Origin: Sedimentisphaerales bacterium
GTDB taxonomy: Bacteria; Planctomycetota; Phycisphaerae; Sedimentisphaerales; Anaerobacaceae
Reading direction: 5' to 3'
DNA: 64,000 bases
Assembly: GCA_963708075.1 (NCBI GenBank)
Contig: OY970194.1
Coordinates: 3,264,001 to 3,328,000, forward strand
The notes beneath the pieces are model-generated. The model was given only the letters and a program-made list of their open reading frames with translations, was not told where the DNA came from and made no database searches. Position 1 is the stretch's first letter, and each line of letters opens with the position of its first letter. Below, in pieces: positions 48,145 through 58,483 of this stretch. The position numbers and the translations under genes are program-made.

Positions 48145-49251
48145 TCAGTGCCTCGTGAATCTGTCGAAGACGCTGATGACAGGCAGGGTGTTGCCGTCGT
48201 CGTCGAAGAAGCCGCGGCTGCGGAGACCGCCCTGGACCGCGGGTTCCCACCAGAAGATGCCCTTGCCGCGATTGTCGGGTGTGCTCAGGACCAGCCGGTT
48301 CACTTCCTCCAGGAATTGCCTCTGTCCCTCCGGGCTCTCCGGGAACGGGGCCGGCTTATTTTTATACTCGGAGGGTCGCCAATTGTAGGCCACCTCGACG
48401 AGGATGATGTCCTTCTTGTACTCGTTGGCCATGAAGATCAGGTTTTCACGCAGGTCGAGCAGCGAGCCATGCCACCAGGGATAATAGGATTGGCCAATGA
48501 CGTCGTAATCCACGCCATACGAGTGCCACTTATCGAAGAACGCCTTCGTCCGTTCCTTGTTGCCGCCCTGGTCGATGTGGATCATGATGAGGGGGCGAGC
48601 CACGTTGCGCCGGCCGGCCTCCACGCCCTTGATCCCGGCCTGCAGCAGCTCGGCGAAGTTGTCCCAGTTGCCGGGCAGCCTGCCGTCGGGCCAGAGCATG
48701 CCATTGATGACCTCATTGCCGATCTGGACCATGTCCGGCTGAATCCGGGCGTCGCAGAAGGCCCCAATTGTGTCGCGCGTGTATTCGAACACCGCCTGCA
48801 CCAGCTCCGTGTGCGACTTGCCCTCCCAGGCCTTGGGGATTCCCTGCTTGCCCGGGTCGGCCCAAGTGTCGGAGTAATGGTAATTCAGCAGGAGCTTGAA
48901 GCCGAGCGCCTTGGCCTCTTTGGCAAGAGCGATCGTGTAGTCGAGATTGTTCGGCAACTGCGTCGGCGTGTGGAACAGACGCAGCCGAATCCAGTTGTAG
49001 CCGTGATCCTTGAAAATCTCGAGTCCCGGCTTGGCCTGCCCGTCCTCTCTGAATACCGTTCCGCGCTCCTCCGCCTGCTTGAGAAACGACAGGTCCGCCC
49101 CGATTGCATAATCGTCGGCACGCGCCCCCGACGCCAACCCCATCAGGAGCATCAGCCCTGATAGTGTGCGCCATCGAGTAATGAGGAAGCCAGCGGCATT
49201 CTTTGCGGGGACCAGTCTGCCTATCTCATCCGCTCTCATTGATTCCTCCAT
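48145..49251 (-). CDS. GH53 arabinogalactan endo-1,4-beta-galactanase
   Basis: GADLSF; RLRLF; HYSDTWADPGKQ; MVQIGNE; SYYPWWHG; GIFWWEP. Confidence 0.93.
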   Translation of the reverse strand: MEESMRADEIGRLVPAKNAAGFLITRWRTLSGLMLLMGLASGARADDYAIGADLSFLKQAEERGTVFREDGQAKPGLEIFKDHGYNWIRLRLFHTPTQLPNNLDYTIALAKEAKALGFKLLLNYHYSDTWADPGKQGIPKAWEGKSHTELVQAVFEYTRDTIGAFCDARIQPDMVQIGNEVINGMLWPDGRLPGNWDNFAELLQAGIKGVEAGRRNVARPLIMIHIDQGGNKERTKAFFDKWHSYGVDYDVIGQSYYPWWHGSLLDLRENLIFMANEYKKDIILVEVAYNWRPSEYKNKPAPFPESPEGQRQFLEEVNRLVLSTPDNRGKGIFWWEPAVQGGLRSRGFFDDDGNTLPVISVFDRFTRH

Positions 49252-49283
49252 GACGACTGGTGACTTGCGATGCCCTGGGTTCG

Positions 49284-49919
49284 TCAGCGCATGATCCAGT
49301 TTTGGCCGTCGTAGACGGTTTCCACGGAGGGCCTCAAGGCGGGATCGCCGTGCAGCGAGTACCTCAGTTCGAGGGTCTTTCGCAGAAAGATCTGCATGGG
49401 TTGTCCGGCCTCATTCACGGCCACGGGGTGCGGTACGATGACCGTCTCGTTGCTCAGGCCACTCACAAATACCTTGAAGCTCGCGGCCTGTGGATCGAAG
49501 TCCCGCCAGGCGATGACGATTTCTTTGGCGTTGTCTTCGCCCTGGAGAATGCGGCTATCGACCTTTTCCAGCGGCTCAAGGAACTGGTAGATCCCGCCGT
49601 GCCGCTGCTGAATCTGCTGGAAGACAGCCGGCGGAACGCCCTGCCCGGCCGGAAGGACTTGGAACGTGTCCGTCATCAGGTCGCACTTCGGGTAGAACTC
49701 GACGTCCCGGCCCGTCCGGTTGGTCACCGTCACGATCATGTACCAGAAGCGGCTTTGCGGATTGCCGCCCCACGGCACCACGATCTGCTGTGGATGCTCG
49801 AATTTGACCTCCACCGTCCACTGCCCGGGCCGCTGGAGAATCGCCGGCTTCGGGGCCGCCATGCTCAGCCCCACCACAACCACCGTCAGGATTGTCCCAT
49901 AATACAGCCGTTTTCTCAT
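49284..49919 (-). CDS. Secreted hypothetical protein
   Basis: Signal peptide; FWYMIVTVTNRTG; VFVSGLSNET; LRKTLELRY. Confidence 0.75.
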   Translation of the reverse strand: MRKRLYYGTILTVVVVGLSMAAPKPAILQRPGQWTVEVKFEHPQQIVVPWGGNPQSRFWYMIVTVTNRTGRDVEFYPKCDLMTDTFQVLPAGQGVPPAVFQQIQQRHGGIYQFLEPLEKVDSRILQGEDNAKEIVIAWRDFDPQAASFKVFVSGLSNETVIVPHPVAVNEAGQPMQIFLRKTLELRYSLHGDPALRPSVETVYDGQNWIMR

Positions 49920-50144
49920 CGATCGTCCCCTCGCCTGTGTAGAGACGCAACATCGTGCGTCGCCAGGGTACCACGCCAAGTTCTACGTCTTCCCCATTTT
50001 ACACAACTTCCCCCCAAAAGCCAAGAAGATTTTGTCCCCATCTCGGGCCTGAGAGTCTTCGGGCGACATAAGGATGCAGATGAATCGTTGCCTGATATTG
50101 ATTTGCGCAGCCCGTTAGACTTCCGACAGCCTGTTCTGTCACAA

Positions 50145-50912
50145 TCAGAAGTCCTTGAACTGGCTCATCCATTGCGGCCAGTCGGTGGGCATGACGCCCC
50201 CTGCCTTGGTCCACGGTCCGGCCGTGTTGTACTGGCGATGCCATTTCAGCATCCATAGCTCCTTGAGCCCCACTTTTCGCGTGGACCAGTCCATGAATAA
50301 GGAGTTGACCGCCCCATCGTGCCGGTCAATACACACCCGCTGCATCTCATTGGTGGACGCCGCCCCTGACGGCCCTCCACCGGTCGCCGGAGGAAGGTCC
50401 ATGTGTCGCGGCCAGTAAGAGACCCACCACGAGTCGGCAAACACCGGGACCGTGTGGGCGGCCGGATCGCCCGATGCCCTCCAATATGCCTCTGCGGGCA
50501 AGCGTCCCCATGCCCCCGAACCCTCGCGAGTGTTGCATACCCAGCCGTTCAGGCCGTAGCTCCCGGCATAGCTAACACCCTGCGAGGTTACCTGCCAGGC
50601 CACAGATGCCCAATTGGGCGCTGCGAGATTCGATATTGGCCCCACAGCCTCCGGACACAGCAGAAGGCGACGATCCTTCCAGTAGGACTCCAGCGGCTGA
50701 ATCCACCACAGGCCGGAGCCCATGCCCTCGCCCGAGATGAAATGATGGTCGTTGTCTCTCGCGAAGGCATCAAAGACCTTGCCCCAGGATCGCAGTTTGG
50801 ACAGGCAGACGGCTTCTTTGGCTCTATGCCGGCCTGCCGGACCTGCGGCCCCGGACACCATGACCAGCAGGACCCCACTCAGGACCAGGACAGCGAGTTC
50901 CGCCTTGCCCAT
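50145..50912 (-). CDS. Prepilin-like / H-X9-DG-type (DUF1559-like) protein with degenerate N-terminal methylation motif
   Basis: RAKEAVCLSKLR; LLCP; SYGLNGW; CIDRHDGAVNSLFMDWS. Confidence 0.8.
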   Translation of the reverse strand: MGKAELAVLVLSGVLLVMVSGAAGPAGRHRAKEAVCLSKLRSWGKVFDAFARDNDHHFISGEGMGSGLWWIQPLESYWKDRRLLLCPEAVGPISNLAAPNWASVAWQVTSQGVSYAGSYGLNGWVCNTREGSGAWGRLPAEAYWRASGDPAAHTVPVFADSWWVSYWPRHMDLPPATGGGPSGAASTNEMQRVCIDRHDGAVNSLFMDWSTRKVGLKELWMLKWHRQYNTAGPWTKAGGVMPTDWPQWMSQFKDF

Positions 50913-51095
50913 GCTCGTCCTATCTCCCACAGGTTCACCTCCCGTACATCTGACGCCAACCAGCGACGGCCTTGCCTCAGACCCAACGTTCGGTGACGCT
51001 CTCGCCGATTCGACAGGCAGATTGTGTACCTCCCTGTCAGTATCAGTATTCTTCTATCATCCGCAGTCCCGTTTGTCAACCGCGAAAGGCGGAAA

Positions 51096-54000
51096 TCAGC
51101 CACCGGGATTGGCGTCTGGTGGTGTATCATCGAAACCGGGGGAGCCGCCGGAGGTTGTGCTCGGACGCCAGGAGGTCTTGTCATTGAGGGCGTTGGGGTC
51201 GCTCGCGGCGGGGTCTTTGACTGTAAGGGAGAAGCCGTCGCCGTCGGTGATCTTGTACCAGCCGTCGTCAAAGAGGAAGCTCTGAATGATCTGCCCCGCG
51301 GCGTCCTGGATCCCGATTTGCTCGCCGGCGTTCTTGAGATTCCCAACGTACGTGCCGGCGATGGGCAGGCCGGGACCGTATCTGGCCTCGAAGGCGTTGG
51401 CATCCTCGACCACAAGGACATACTCGGCCGGAGCCAACTCGACACTTGGGAAGGTGAACTCGACGCCGTCGGTGAACGTGACGAGATTGAGGTTGATCGT
51501 TTCAGCACCGATGTTGGTCAACTCGATGAACTCGGTGTTCGGGTCGAGCGGGTGATACATGATCTCACTGATTCGCAGGCTCTCGGCCACCGGTCCCACG
51601 GCAAACAGCGTCTCCGCCAAGCCACTCCACGGGCTATACGTGTTGTTGGACACCAGCACGCGGGCCTTGACCAAGCAACTCTCGGTGATCGGGAACGGGC
51701 CCGAATATTGATGAATGGCGCCGGCGTCGCCATTGTCGATGGTGGAAGTGCTCCGGCCGGCGACCAATTCGGCATTGAAGAGCAGATCGGAGCTCGTAGT
51801 TGACGAATTCATACCGTGGATGGCGAGCACGTTCTGACCTTTGCGCAAGAGCCCCACCTGTCCGGAGACATCGAAATCCTCGAAGATGACCGCCGCCCCG
51901 TCGTCATGATTGTTGCCGTTGGCAGAATTCCAGGCCGGCGTGCCGGTGAACAACGCCCGCTGGATCTCGACGCCGTTGAGGTAGGCGACGAACCCGTCAT
52001 CATATCGCATCCGCAGGGCCATAAAGTTGAATGTGCTGGGGTCAGCCGCGACAGTGAACGGGATGCGGATGTAGCAGGTTGCGTTGCGCCTGTACATCTG
52101 AGTGCCCAAGTCGATACTGAAGAACTGCTCATAGCCACGATCTGTTTCAAAGCCAACGCCGCCTGTTCCGCTGATCCAGGCCGAGTCATCGAAGGCGGAA
52201 CCGCCCCGCCAGGCGTCGCTGATCGGTGCGGTGGGCACGAAGGCGCGCTTGGGCGCGTTCTCGGCGACAAGTGTCGTGGCCTCCCGGGTGGTCGTGACGG
52301 CGCTGGAAGGCCGCGGGTCCGAGCCATCGAGCGTGTAGAACAGCGTACCGCTGGGACGTGAATTGACGAGGCTGACGAGACTGCCGGCTGCAACATGGCC
52401 GCCGTCCGGCACAATCCGGGGTGGAGCGACAAATTGATTATCGACCCACGTGCATCGCGTTTGCAGCCACTGCTTGAGGTGATCGACCTCGCCCTGAAAG
52501 CTGCCGAACCGCGGGCCCTGGCCGGGCCACTTCTGATAGTTGCGGACCTGAGCCTCGCGAATTTCGTTCGCCATGGCGTCAATCGTCGCATTGAGGCCGG
52601 CGGTGCTGAACGGGCCCTTGCGCAGCGCGTACCATCGATCAATGTACTTCTGCCAGAAGTTGGTGTCCTTGAAAAGGCGATCCCACCAGACGTAATTGAG
52701 AACATCGGTCCCACCCGACGACCAGCTCTGGGGATTGTCGTCACGGCCGTCGGTGGATTCGAGCGCGCGGTCGAAGTCCCAGATCGGTCCCATCCCGAGC
52801 TTGCCGCCGCGGGGTTTGTACATGTACGTGCTCAGGCGAAGGGCGTCCGCGTTCATCGCCAGCATGTTGAGCAGGTTGTGGTCGACGAAGGAGTCCACAT
52901 CAATGTACTTGGCGTAGCCGGTCTGGGGATTGGCGAAGTCCGGGCCATAGAGGGCGTTCTCGAACGCGTCGAGATAGCCCCGAATCCATGCGGACTGTGC
53001 GGCCGTGATTTCGACCTGCTTCGGGTCCACGTAGCAGAACGTCCCGTCGCCGTACGTGGGGTTTCCCCGGGCAGTGCGAAAGCCGCTGTCCCCCGGGTCG
53101 GGCCGGTCGTTCTTCAGCATGTAGCCGCCGGTGATCTTCGGCTCGGTGCTGTCCCACGGCTCAAGCTTCTCCACGTTCACCCGTTCATCGCCCCGCTTGA
53201 TCTTCTCCATGAAGATGTACAGGCCGACATAGTCGCTGGCAGACACCGTATCGTCATTGGTGTTGAGGTACATTTCGACGAACCGGGTGCGAACCGCGTA
53301 CCGTCCGATCTGGTTGCTCAGGTCGTACATAAATGCGTTGCTGATCAGCACGCGATCGAAGGTGAACGGAGCGTACAGAATCCAGTCGGAGTCAGCGGGC
53401 ATGCCCAGGATAGAGACATCCCTGTCCCGGTTATTCTCATCCCACAGCTCGAACGCATAGGACGGCTTGGCCACTCCGGCGGTGCTGGAACCCCGTCTCT
53501 TGAGTCCGCCTCGCCCGTAGAAATCAGGTGGATCGGTGATCTTCGCACGCCCCTGCTCGCCCGTATCGATGACGACGGATGAGACCCGGGCGGGGTTCGT
53601 GCCGATGCTCTGGCGGCTCGTGTCGACGACGACAATCGGCAGATTGGAGTTGAAGCTCAGGACATCATTGGCCAGGGCGATGTACGTCCGGCTGACCACG
53701 GCACTCGGGGCCTTGCCCGGCTCGTAGGCACGGGCGAGCACTTCCTTTGCGCCGACCACTGGAATGGGGGCCGTGTACTTGGGAGATGAAAGCGTGGGCG
53801 CCTGTCCATCCAGTGTCCAGTGAATCTCAGCAGCCGGGTTCGGCGAACTCAGTTCCAGGAGGAAGTAACCGAAGAATGTGCCGGCATCGCGTGAGAAGAC
53901 AGGCTCCTGCGATATGCTCGGATATCCGGGAGCATTGGCCCGGCCCGGCGTTGGTGGAGCGAAGTACTGCTCCTGATTGCCATAGAGACCATACGAGAGA

Positions 54001-55001
54001 TCGGCTCGCTGCGGAGGAAAACCCACGACATCCTCACCGCCCGCATAGGAGGCGTACTCGCACGCCACCTGCAGGTCGGGCGCAACCAGGGCAAGATACT
54101 CGCCGTCGCCATCCAGGTTGAAGTTCGCATGGTAGTAGCCCCGTGGGTCGCAATAGGGCCAGTTCTCCGGATGGTCGGCCTGCTCGATCCCAGAGGCAAA
54201 GACCACCAGGAATCCGCCCGCGGCAATCTGGACCGCAGGCAGCGCCCACTTTGTCAGATCGTCCGGATCATCCGTCAGATACCAACCGCCGAGATTCACG
54301 GCGCCGGCTCCCGCATTATGGATCTCGATCCAGTCCGAGTACACCGTTTTCCCTTCGACAGTTGTGGAGAAGCCATTCTCATTGACGGCCATGAATTCGC
54401 TGATCACCAGAGAACCATTCCCCAATTGCGTATCCGGCTCGCCGGGATTCTCCTCTGGAGGCAGCACCCCCGCGGCGCTGCCAAGGAGTTCCGCTTCCCC
54501 AATCTGCATACTGTTCGCGTGAGCAGCGTCGCAGACTTGCGTGAACACGAGCTGATAATGCGCGTACGCCCCTTTGTTGGGAAAAGCAATCGGAGTGGTA
54601 TTCTTCGCAAAGCGGGGCCAGCTTGTTGTCCCGGCGAAATCCACGATGTCACCGCGAGCGATCAAGGTGTATGGACCGTCGATGCTCACGTTGGAGCCGG
54701 ACAACTCAAAGGTGACGGGGTCCCGCTCGGGTGCGTCATTGGCCGTGGTAAGAGTCAGTCCGGTGACAATGGTAGAACCTATGGATGGGCTCACTTGGAA
54801 TCCCGTCGGCTGGGTCTGGCCCTTGAAGTGCAGGAACTTCGTGTTGATGTCATCATCGATTGCCAGGTTGGGGGATTCGTTGGCGGGCCAGTCTCCATCG
54901 TTCGGGACGCCCTGTATGATGTCCGCCGGGGAAGTGATGTCTACCTGCGCCGCCGTTTGTCCTAACAACAAGATCGCTATCAACAAGAATGATCCGGCCA
55001 C
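51096..55001 (-). CDS. Secreted CotH kinase-family protein with lamin-tail domains and FN3-associated/chitobiase-like linkers
   Basis: LVISEFMA..DWIEI; RGSST..KPSYAFE; DWILYA; GPIWDFD; YTLDGSDP; LRISEIMYHP. Confidence 0.88.
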   Translation of the reverse strand: MAGSFLLIAILLLGQTAAQVDITSPADIIQGVPNDGDWPANESPNLAIDDDINTKFLHFKGQTQPTGFQVSPSIGSTIVTGLTLTTANDAPERDPVTFELSGSNVSIDGPYTLIARGDIVDFAGTTSWPRFAKNTTPIAFPNKGAYAHYQLVFTQVCDAAHANSMQIGEAELLGSAAGVLPPEENPGEPDTQLGNGSLVISEFMAVNENGFSTTVEGKTVYSDWIEIHNAGAGAVNLGGWYLTDDPDDLTKWALPAVQIAAGGFLVVFASGIEQADHPENWPYCDPRGYYHANFNLDGDGEYLALVAPDLQVACEYASYAGGEDVVGFPPQRADLSYGLYGNQEQYFAPPTPGRANAPGYPSISQEPVFSRDAGTFFGYFLLELSSPNPAAEIHWTLDGQAPTLSSPKYTAPIPVVGAKEVLARAYEPGKAPSAVVSRTYIALANDVLSFNSNLPIVVVDTSRQSIGTNPARVSSVVIDTGEQGRAKITDPPDFYGRGGLKRRGSSTAGVAKPSYAFELWDENNRDRDVSILGMPADSDWILYAPFTFDRVLISNAFMYDLSNQIGRYAVRTRFVEMYLNTNDDTVSASDYVGLYIFMEKIKRGDERVNVEKLEPWDSTEPKITGGYMLKNDRPDPGDSGFRTARGNPTYGDGTFCYVDPKQVEITAAQSAWIRGYLDAFENALYGPDFANPQTGYAKYIDVDSFVDHNLLNMLAMNADALRLSTYMYKPRGGKLGMGPIWDFDRALESTDGRDDNPQSWSSGGTDVLNYVWWDRLFKDTNFWQKYIDRWYALRKGPFSTAGLNATIDAMANEIREAQVRNYQKWPGQGPRFGSFQGEVDHLKQWLQTRCTWVDNQFVAPPRIVPDGGHVAAGSLVSLVNSRPSGTLFYTLDGSDPRPSSAVTTTREATTLVAENAPKRAFVPTAPISDAWRGGSAFDDSAWISGTGGVGFETDRGYEQFFSIDLGTQMYRRNATCYIRIPFTVAADPSTFNFMALRMRYDDGFVAYLNGVEIQRALFTGTPAWNSANGNNHDDGAAVIFEDFDVSGQVGLLRKGQNVLAIHGMNSSTTSSDLLFNAELVAGRSTSTIDNGDAGAIHQYSGPFPITESCLVKARVLVSNNTYSPWSGLAETLFAVGPVAESLRISEIMYHPLDPNTEFIELTNIGAETINLNLVTFTDGVEFTFPSVELAPAEYVLVVEDANAFEARYGPGLPIAGTYVGNLKNAGEQIGIQDAAGQIIQSFLFDDGWYKITDGDGFSLTVKDPAASDPNALNDKTSWRPSTTSGGSPGFDDTPPDANPGG

Positions 55002-55251
55002 TCTTCATCCATCCTCTCTGAGGGTCACTGTCGGCAGAACCTGCCTCGTCGGCGGTCTGCATGCTCTGCATCAGGCATCGTACCCCGCCAGTCTCATTAT
55101 AGCCATTGAGCCTTGTTCAGTCAATGTCACCAGGTATCATCTCTCTATGAATCAAATCTATAAATCCTCTGCATTTTGGGCTCGGCGGAGGTATTCTATA
55201 CGTGCAGCCGGTGTATCGGTCCATTTTCGGGCAACTCGATGGAGGTTTGGC

Positions 55252-56478
55252 ATGACTCAGACAAACGAGATGCGAAGCAGCAACATGACTCGTCGTGGGT
55301 TCATTTCGAGTGCGGGGGCGGCTATTTCTTTCGCTGTGGTTGCGCCGAGCGCGGTGCGAGGAACGGCGGCGAACAGCCGGGTCAAGGCCGGCCTCATCGG
55401 GCTCGGCGGTCGAGGCCGGATGATTGCCGGCATGGTACAGAAGCATGGCGGATACGAACTCGTCGCCGTGGCCGACTATTTCGAGCAGGTCGCGGATGCG
55501 GCCGGTGAGCAGCTCCAGGTGCCCAAGGCCGGCCGCTTCGCGGGCCTGTCCGCCTACAAGAAGCTCATCGCAAGCGGCGTCGAAGCGGTCTTCATGGAGA
55601 CCCCGCCCTACTGCTTCCCGGAGCACGTGGAGGCGGCGGTCGAGGCGGGCCGGCACGTGTACATCGCCAAGCCACTGGGCTGCGATGTCCCCGGTTGCCT
55701 GAGGATTCGCGACGCCGCCCGGAAGGCGACTGCGGGCAAGCGGGTCTTCCTGTGCGACTTTCAGACCCGCACCGACCCGTTCTTCATCGAGGGCGTCAAA
55801 CGCGTGCAGGAGGGCGCCATCGGCCGGATCGCGATGCTCAGCTCGGAGTATAACGACGAGAGCTTCGCGGATCCGCCGAAGACCGCGACCATCGAGAGCC
55901 GGCTGCAGGAACTGATCTGGGTCAACGATGATGCGCTCGGCGGCAGCTACATTGTCAACGCGGGCATCCACGCAATCGACGTAGCCCTGTGGATCGCGGG
56001 GCAAATGCCGGCCAGCGCCATGGGCGCCTCGCGGGTCGGCCGCAGCAACCCGCACGGCGATTCGCACGACGTTTTCTCCGTCACCTACGAATTCCCGAAC
56101 GGAATGATCCTGAACCATCGCGGCGAGCACCTGAAGAACCGTAGCGAGTTTCGCAGCGACTGCTTCGCCCAGGGCGGTGAAGGCTGGCTGGAGACCGGCT
56201 ACACCTCGCGCGTCCGCATCCTCGGCACCCGCACCGGCTGGCGCGGCGGCGATGTCGTCGAGCTCTATCCGCGCGGCGCCGAGCGCAACATCGACACGTT
56301 CCACAAGTGCGTCACGGCGGACGATTACAGCAACTCGACCATCGAGCCGAGCATCAACTCAACGCTGGCCACGATCTTAGGCCGCGAAGCCGCCCGCCGC
56401 CGGACAAAGCTCACCCTCGAAGAGGTTCTCAAAGAGAACCGCCGCCTCGAACCTGACCTGCACGGCCTGAAAGCATAG
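55252..56478 (+). CDS. Tat-exported Gfo/Idh/MocA oxidoreductase
   Basis: TRRGFI twin-arginine motif; GLIGLGGRG; HVYIAKP; HAIDV; start behind GGAGG. Confidence 0.9.
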   Translation: MTQTNEMRSSNMTRRGFISSAGAAISFAVVAPSAVRGTAANSRVKAGLIGLGGRGRMIAGMVQKHGGYELVAVADYFEQVADAAGEQLQVPKAGRFAGLSAYKKLIASGVEAVFMETPPYCFPEHVEAAVEAGRHVYIAKPLGCDVPGCLRIRDAARKATAGKRVFLCDFQTRTDPFFIEGVKRVQEGAIGRIAMLSSEYNDESFADPPKTATIESRLQELIWVNDDALGGSYIVNAGIHAIDVALWIAGQMPASAMGASRVGRSNPHGDSHDVFSVTYEFPNGMILNHRGEHLKNRSEFRSDCFAQGGEGWLETGYTSRVRILGTRTGWRGGDVVELYPRGAERNIDTFHKCVTADDYSNSTIEPSINSTLATILGREAARRRTKLTLEEVLKENRRLEPDLHGLKA

Positions 56479-56480
56479 TT

Positions 56481-58286
56481 CTACTGGCCGGGGCTGAGTT
56501 CCTGGGTGAAGCGGAGGTCGACGAAGGCAGGGGTGTCGCTGTCGCGGGCGGTGAAGAGGTTGAATTCGGGCCAGTCGCCGTAGGCGTCGTTGTCGCAGAC
56601 GGAGAACGTCAGCCGCACGGAGGAGTTCGCAGCGATGCGTACATCGGCCGTTCTCGCGCTCGTGGCGTTCAGCACCTTCGCCGGAATGGCCATCTCGATC
56701 CGGTAACCGCTCGAATGCAGCGTATATCCGGCGACGACCGTGGAGACATCGATATCTCGCCACTCCATAGTGCCGGTCTCGCGGGAGCCGAATTCGCCCA
56801 AGACATACGGCCGGCCCTGCGAGCCCACGGGCACGACACGGAACCGGTAATTGCGCTGATCTCCGGTAAGCCATCCATCACGCCGGCCGTCGATATCCAC
56901 CTCAAGGTTGTCGTCGAAGGACCAGAAGGGATCCTCGTATGGTGTCAGCACGCGATTGTCGATGACATCGGCCGCGAGGTATAGCATGCCATCGGACCAC
57001 GCGGTATAAGCGGATACCTGGAGGTCTGAATCCGCTGCCGGGAGGTCCGCCACCTGCACGTATTCGCCGGTCCTGATGAGGCCGTCGATCTGCGGCTGGC
57101 TCTTGGGGACCTGGTTGTTGCACCAGAACAAAGGATACGGATCGGCCCCGTCAGACAGACCATCCGCGTCGGTGTCGGGGTTCCGGGGGTCGGACTCGCG
57201 GTAGTACGCGGCGGTCAATTCCTTCAGATCCTCGATGCTGTCGCCGTCAGTGTCCTTCTCCGTCGGGGAAGAACCGAGGGATTCTTCTGTCGCGGGCAGG
57301 GCGCCGCTGTCCGGGACCCCGTCGCCATCCCCGTCCGGCGCGATCACCACCCGGGCCCATTGCGGGTCCAGGGCTATCCAGCTACGCGGATTCAAGACGT
57401 TGGACAGCAGGAAATTGAAATGCCTGCCGCTGTCGGCGGGATGGGTGAAGAGCTCAGGACGATCGGCATGACCCATGTCACTGCCGAGCGGGTTGCCGCT
57501 GGCGGTGAAAATCGAATCCAGCGAATGCAGGTACTCGTGAACGAAGACCCCGTCGCAATCGAGGCCCCATGCCAGAGGGATCGCGACGTAGGACGTGTTG
57601 CCGAGAAAGCCGATATCGACGCCATAAGTGCCGCCGCCGATGGCCGCGACGGCCCCATCGGAGTTCTCAAAGGCGTAGAGTACAACGACCACAGAGTACT
57701 GCCCGTTGGTGACGCCCGCGTTACGCAGGTCCTGCTCGACCGACCCGCCGCCGACGGGCCAGTACGTCAGCCAGTATTCGCCCTTGCCGGACAGGTCCCA
57801 GAGCTGCGAGGGCATCAGCACGCGGTCCATGACCATCCAGTCGGTTTTCACGAGGCACTTGCAGTTGGAGCTCCGCCACAAAAAGTGCGTTGCCTCGACC
57901 GTTTCGGTCTTCAGGGTCTCGATGTCCCTGGCGGACAGATTCACCCAGAGACGCCCGCCGGAGTAGTCCCGCTGGTAGCGGGGATACACGACCACGAGGG
58001 TGTCGATCTCGATGTACTCCATCGTGCCAGGCAGAGGCAACTGCTCATCGGCGGCTGCCCGCAGGACCCCGGCGCCTTGCGACATCCGTGTGGGCACCGT
58101 CGAATAGCAGGAGAAACACCCCTTCTCAAGCAGGCTATTCGTAAGCAAACCGCTGACACCCGACACGCCGGGGATCGCGACATTCATATCAGAGGGCCGG
58201 GCCTGTCCCGCGGCCCATGCGGCCCAGAGAAGCGTCAATGCAGCCGCTACGGGCGGAAAACCATTCCTCATCGAGCGCATCATCAT
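56481..58286 (-). CDS. Secreted protein: HExxH zinc-peptidase-like domain + DxDxDG Ca-binding repeats + CBM9-like domain
   Basis: Signal peptide; FVHEYLHSLD; DGDGDGVPD/DTDGDSIED/DTDADGLSD; PQIDG...LYLAADVID..DNLEVDID..GYRIEMAIP. Confidence 0.7.
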   Translation of the reverse strand: MMMRSMRNGFPPVAAALTLLWAAWAAGQARPSDMNVAIPGVSGVSGLLTNSLLEKGCFSCYSTVPTRMSQGAGVLRAAADEQLPLPGTMEYIEIDTLVVVYPRYQRDYSGGRLWVNLSARDIETLKTETVEATHFLWRSSNCKCLVKTDWMVMDRVLMPSQLWDLSGKGEYWLTYWPVGGGSVEQDLRNAGVTNGQYSVVVVLYAFENSDGAVAAIGGGTYGVDIGFLGNTSYVAIPLAWGLDCDGVFVHEYLHSLDSIFTASGNPLGSDMGHADRPELFTHPADSGRHFNFLLSNVLNPRSWIALDPQWARVVIAPDGDGDGVPDSGALPATEESLGSSPTEKDTDGDSIEDLKELTAAYYRESDPRNPDTDADGLSDGADPYPLFWCNNQVPKSQPQIDGLIRTGEYVQVADLPAADSDLQVSAYTAWSDGMLYLAADVIDNRVLTPYEDPFWSFDDNLEVDIDGRRDGWLTGDQRNYRFRVVPVGSQGRPYVLGEFGSRETGTMEWRDIDVSTVVAGYTLHSSGYRIEMAIPAKVLNATSARTADVRIAANSSVRLTFSVCDNDAYGDWPEFNLFTARDSDTPAFVDLRFTQELSPGQ

Positions 58287-58483
58287 ACCTCCAAGGCAGG
58301 AAACACCCATATTATGTCTCTGGCAGCGGCATTCTGTCAATCCCGCCAGAGATAATTCACAACTCGAGCGGGCCGCTTAAGGAACAGGAAGAGCTTGTTG
58401 AGTATCCTAAGCACGGATAAGATTGTGCCGATGGAGAGAGGCGTCCTGGTGCATCGGATCATTGATGGTATGGAGGTTCTTCG

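Noticed and set aside
54574..55251. N-terminal extension of the Gfo/Idh/MocA ORF to 634 aa
   Set aside because: Overlaps the CotH gene antisense; RBS and Tat signal place the start at 55252
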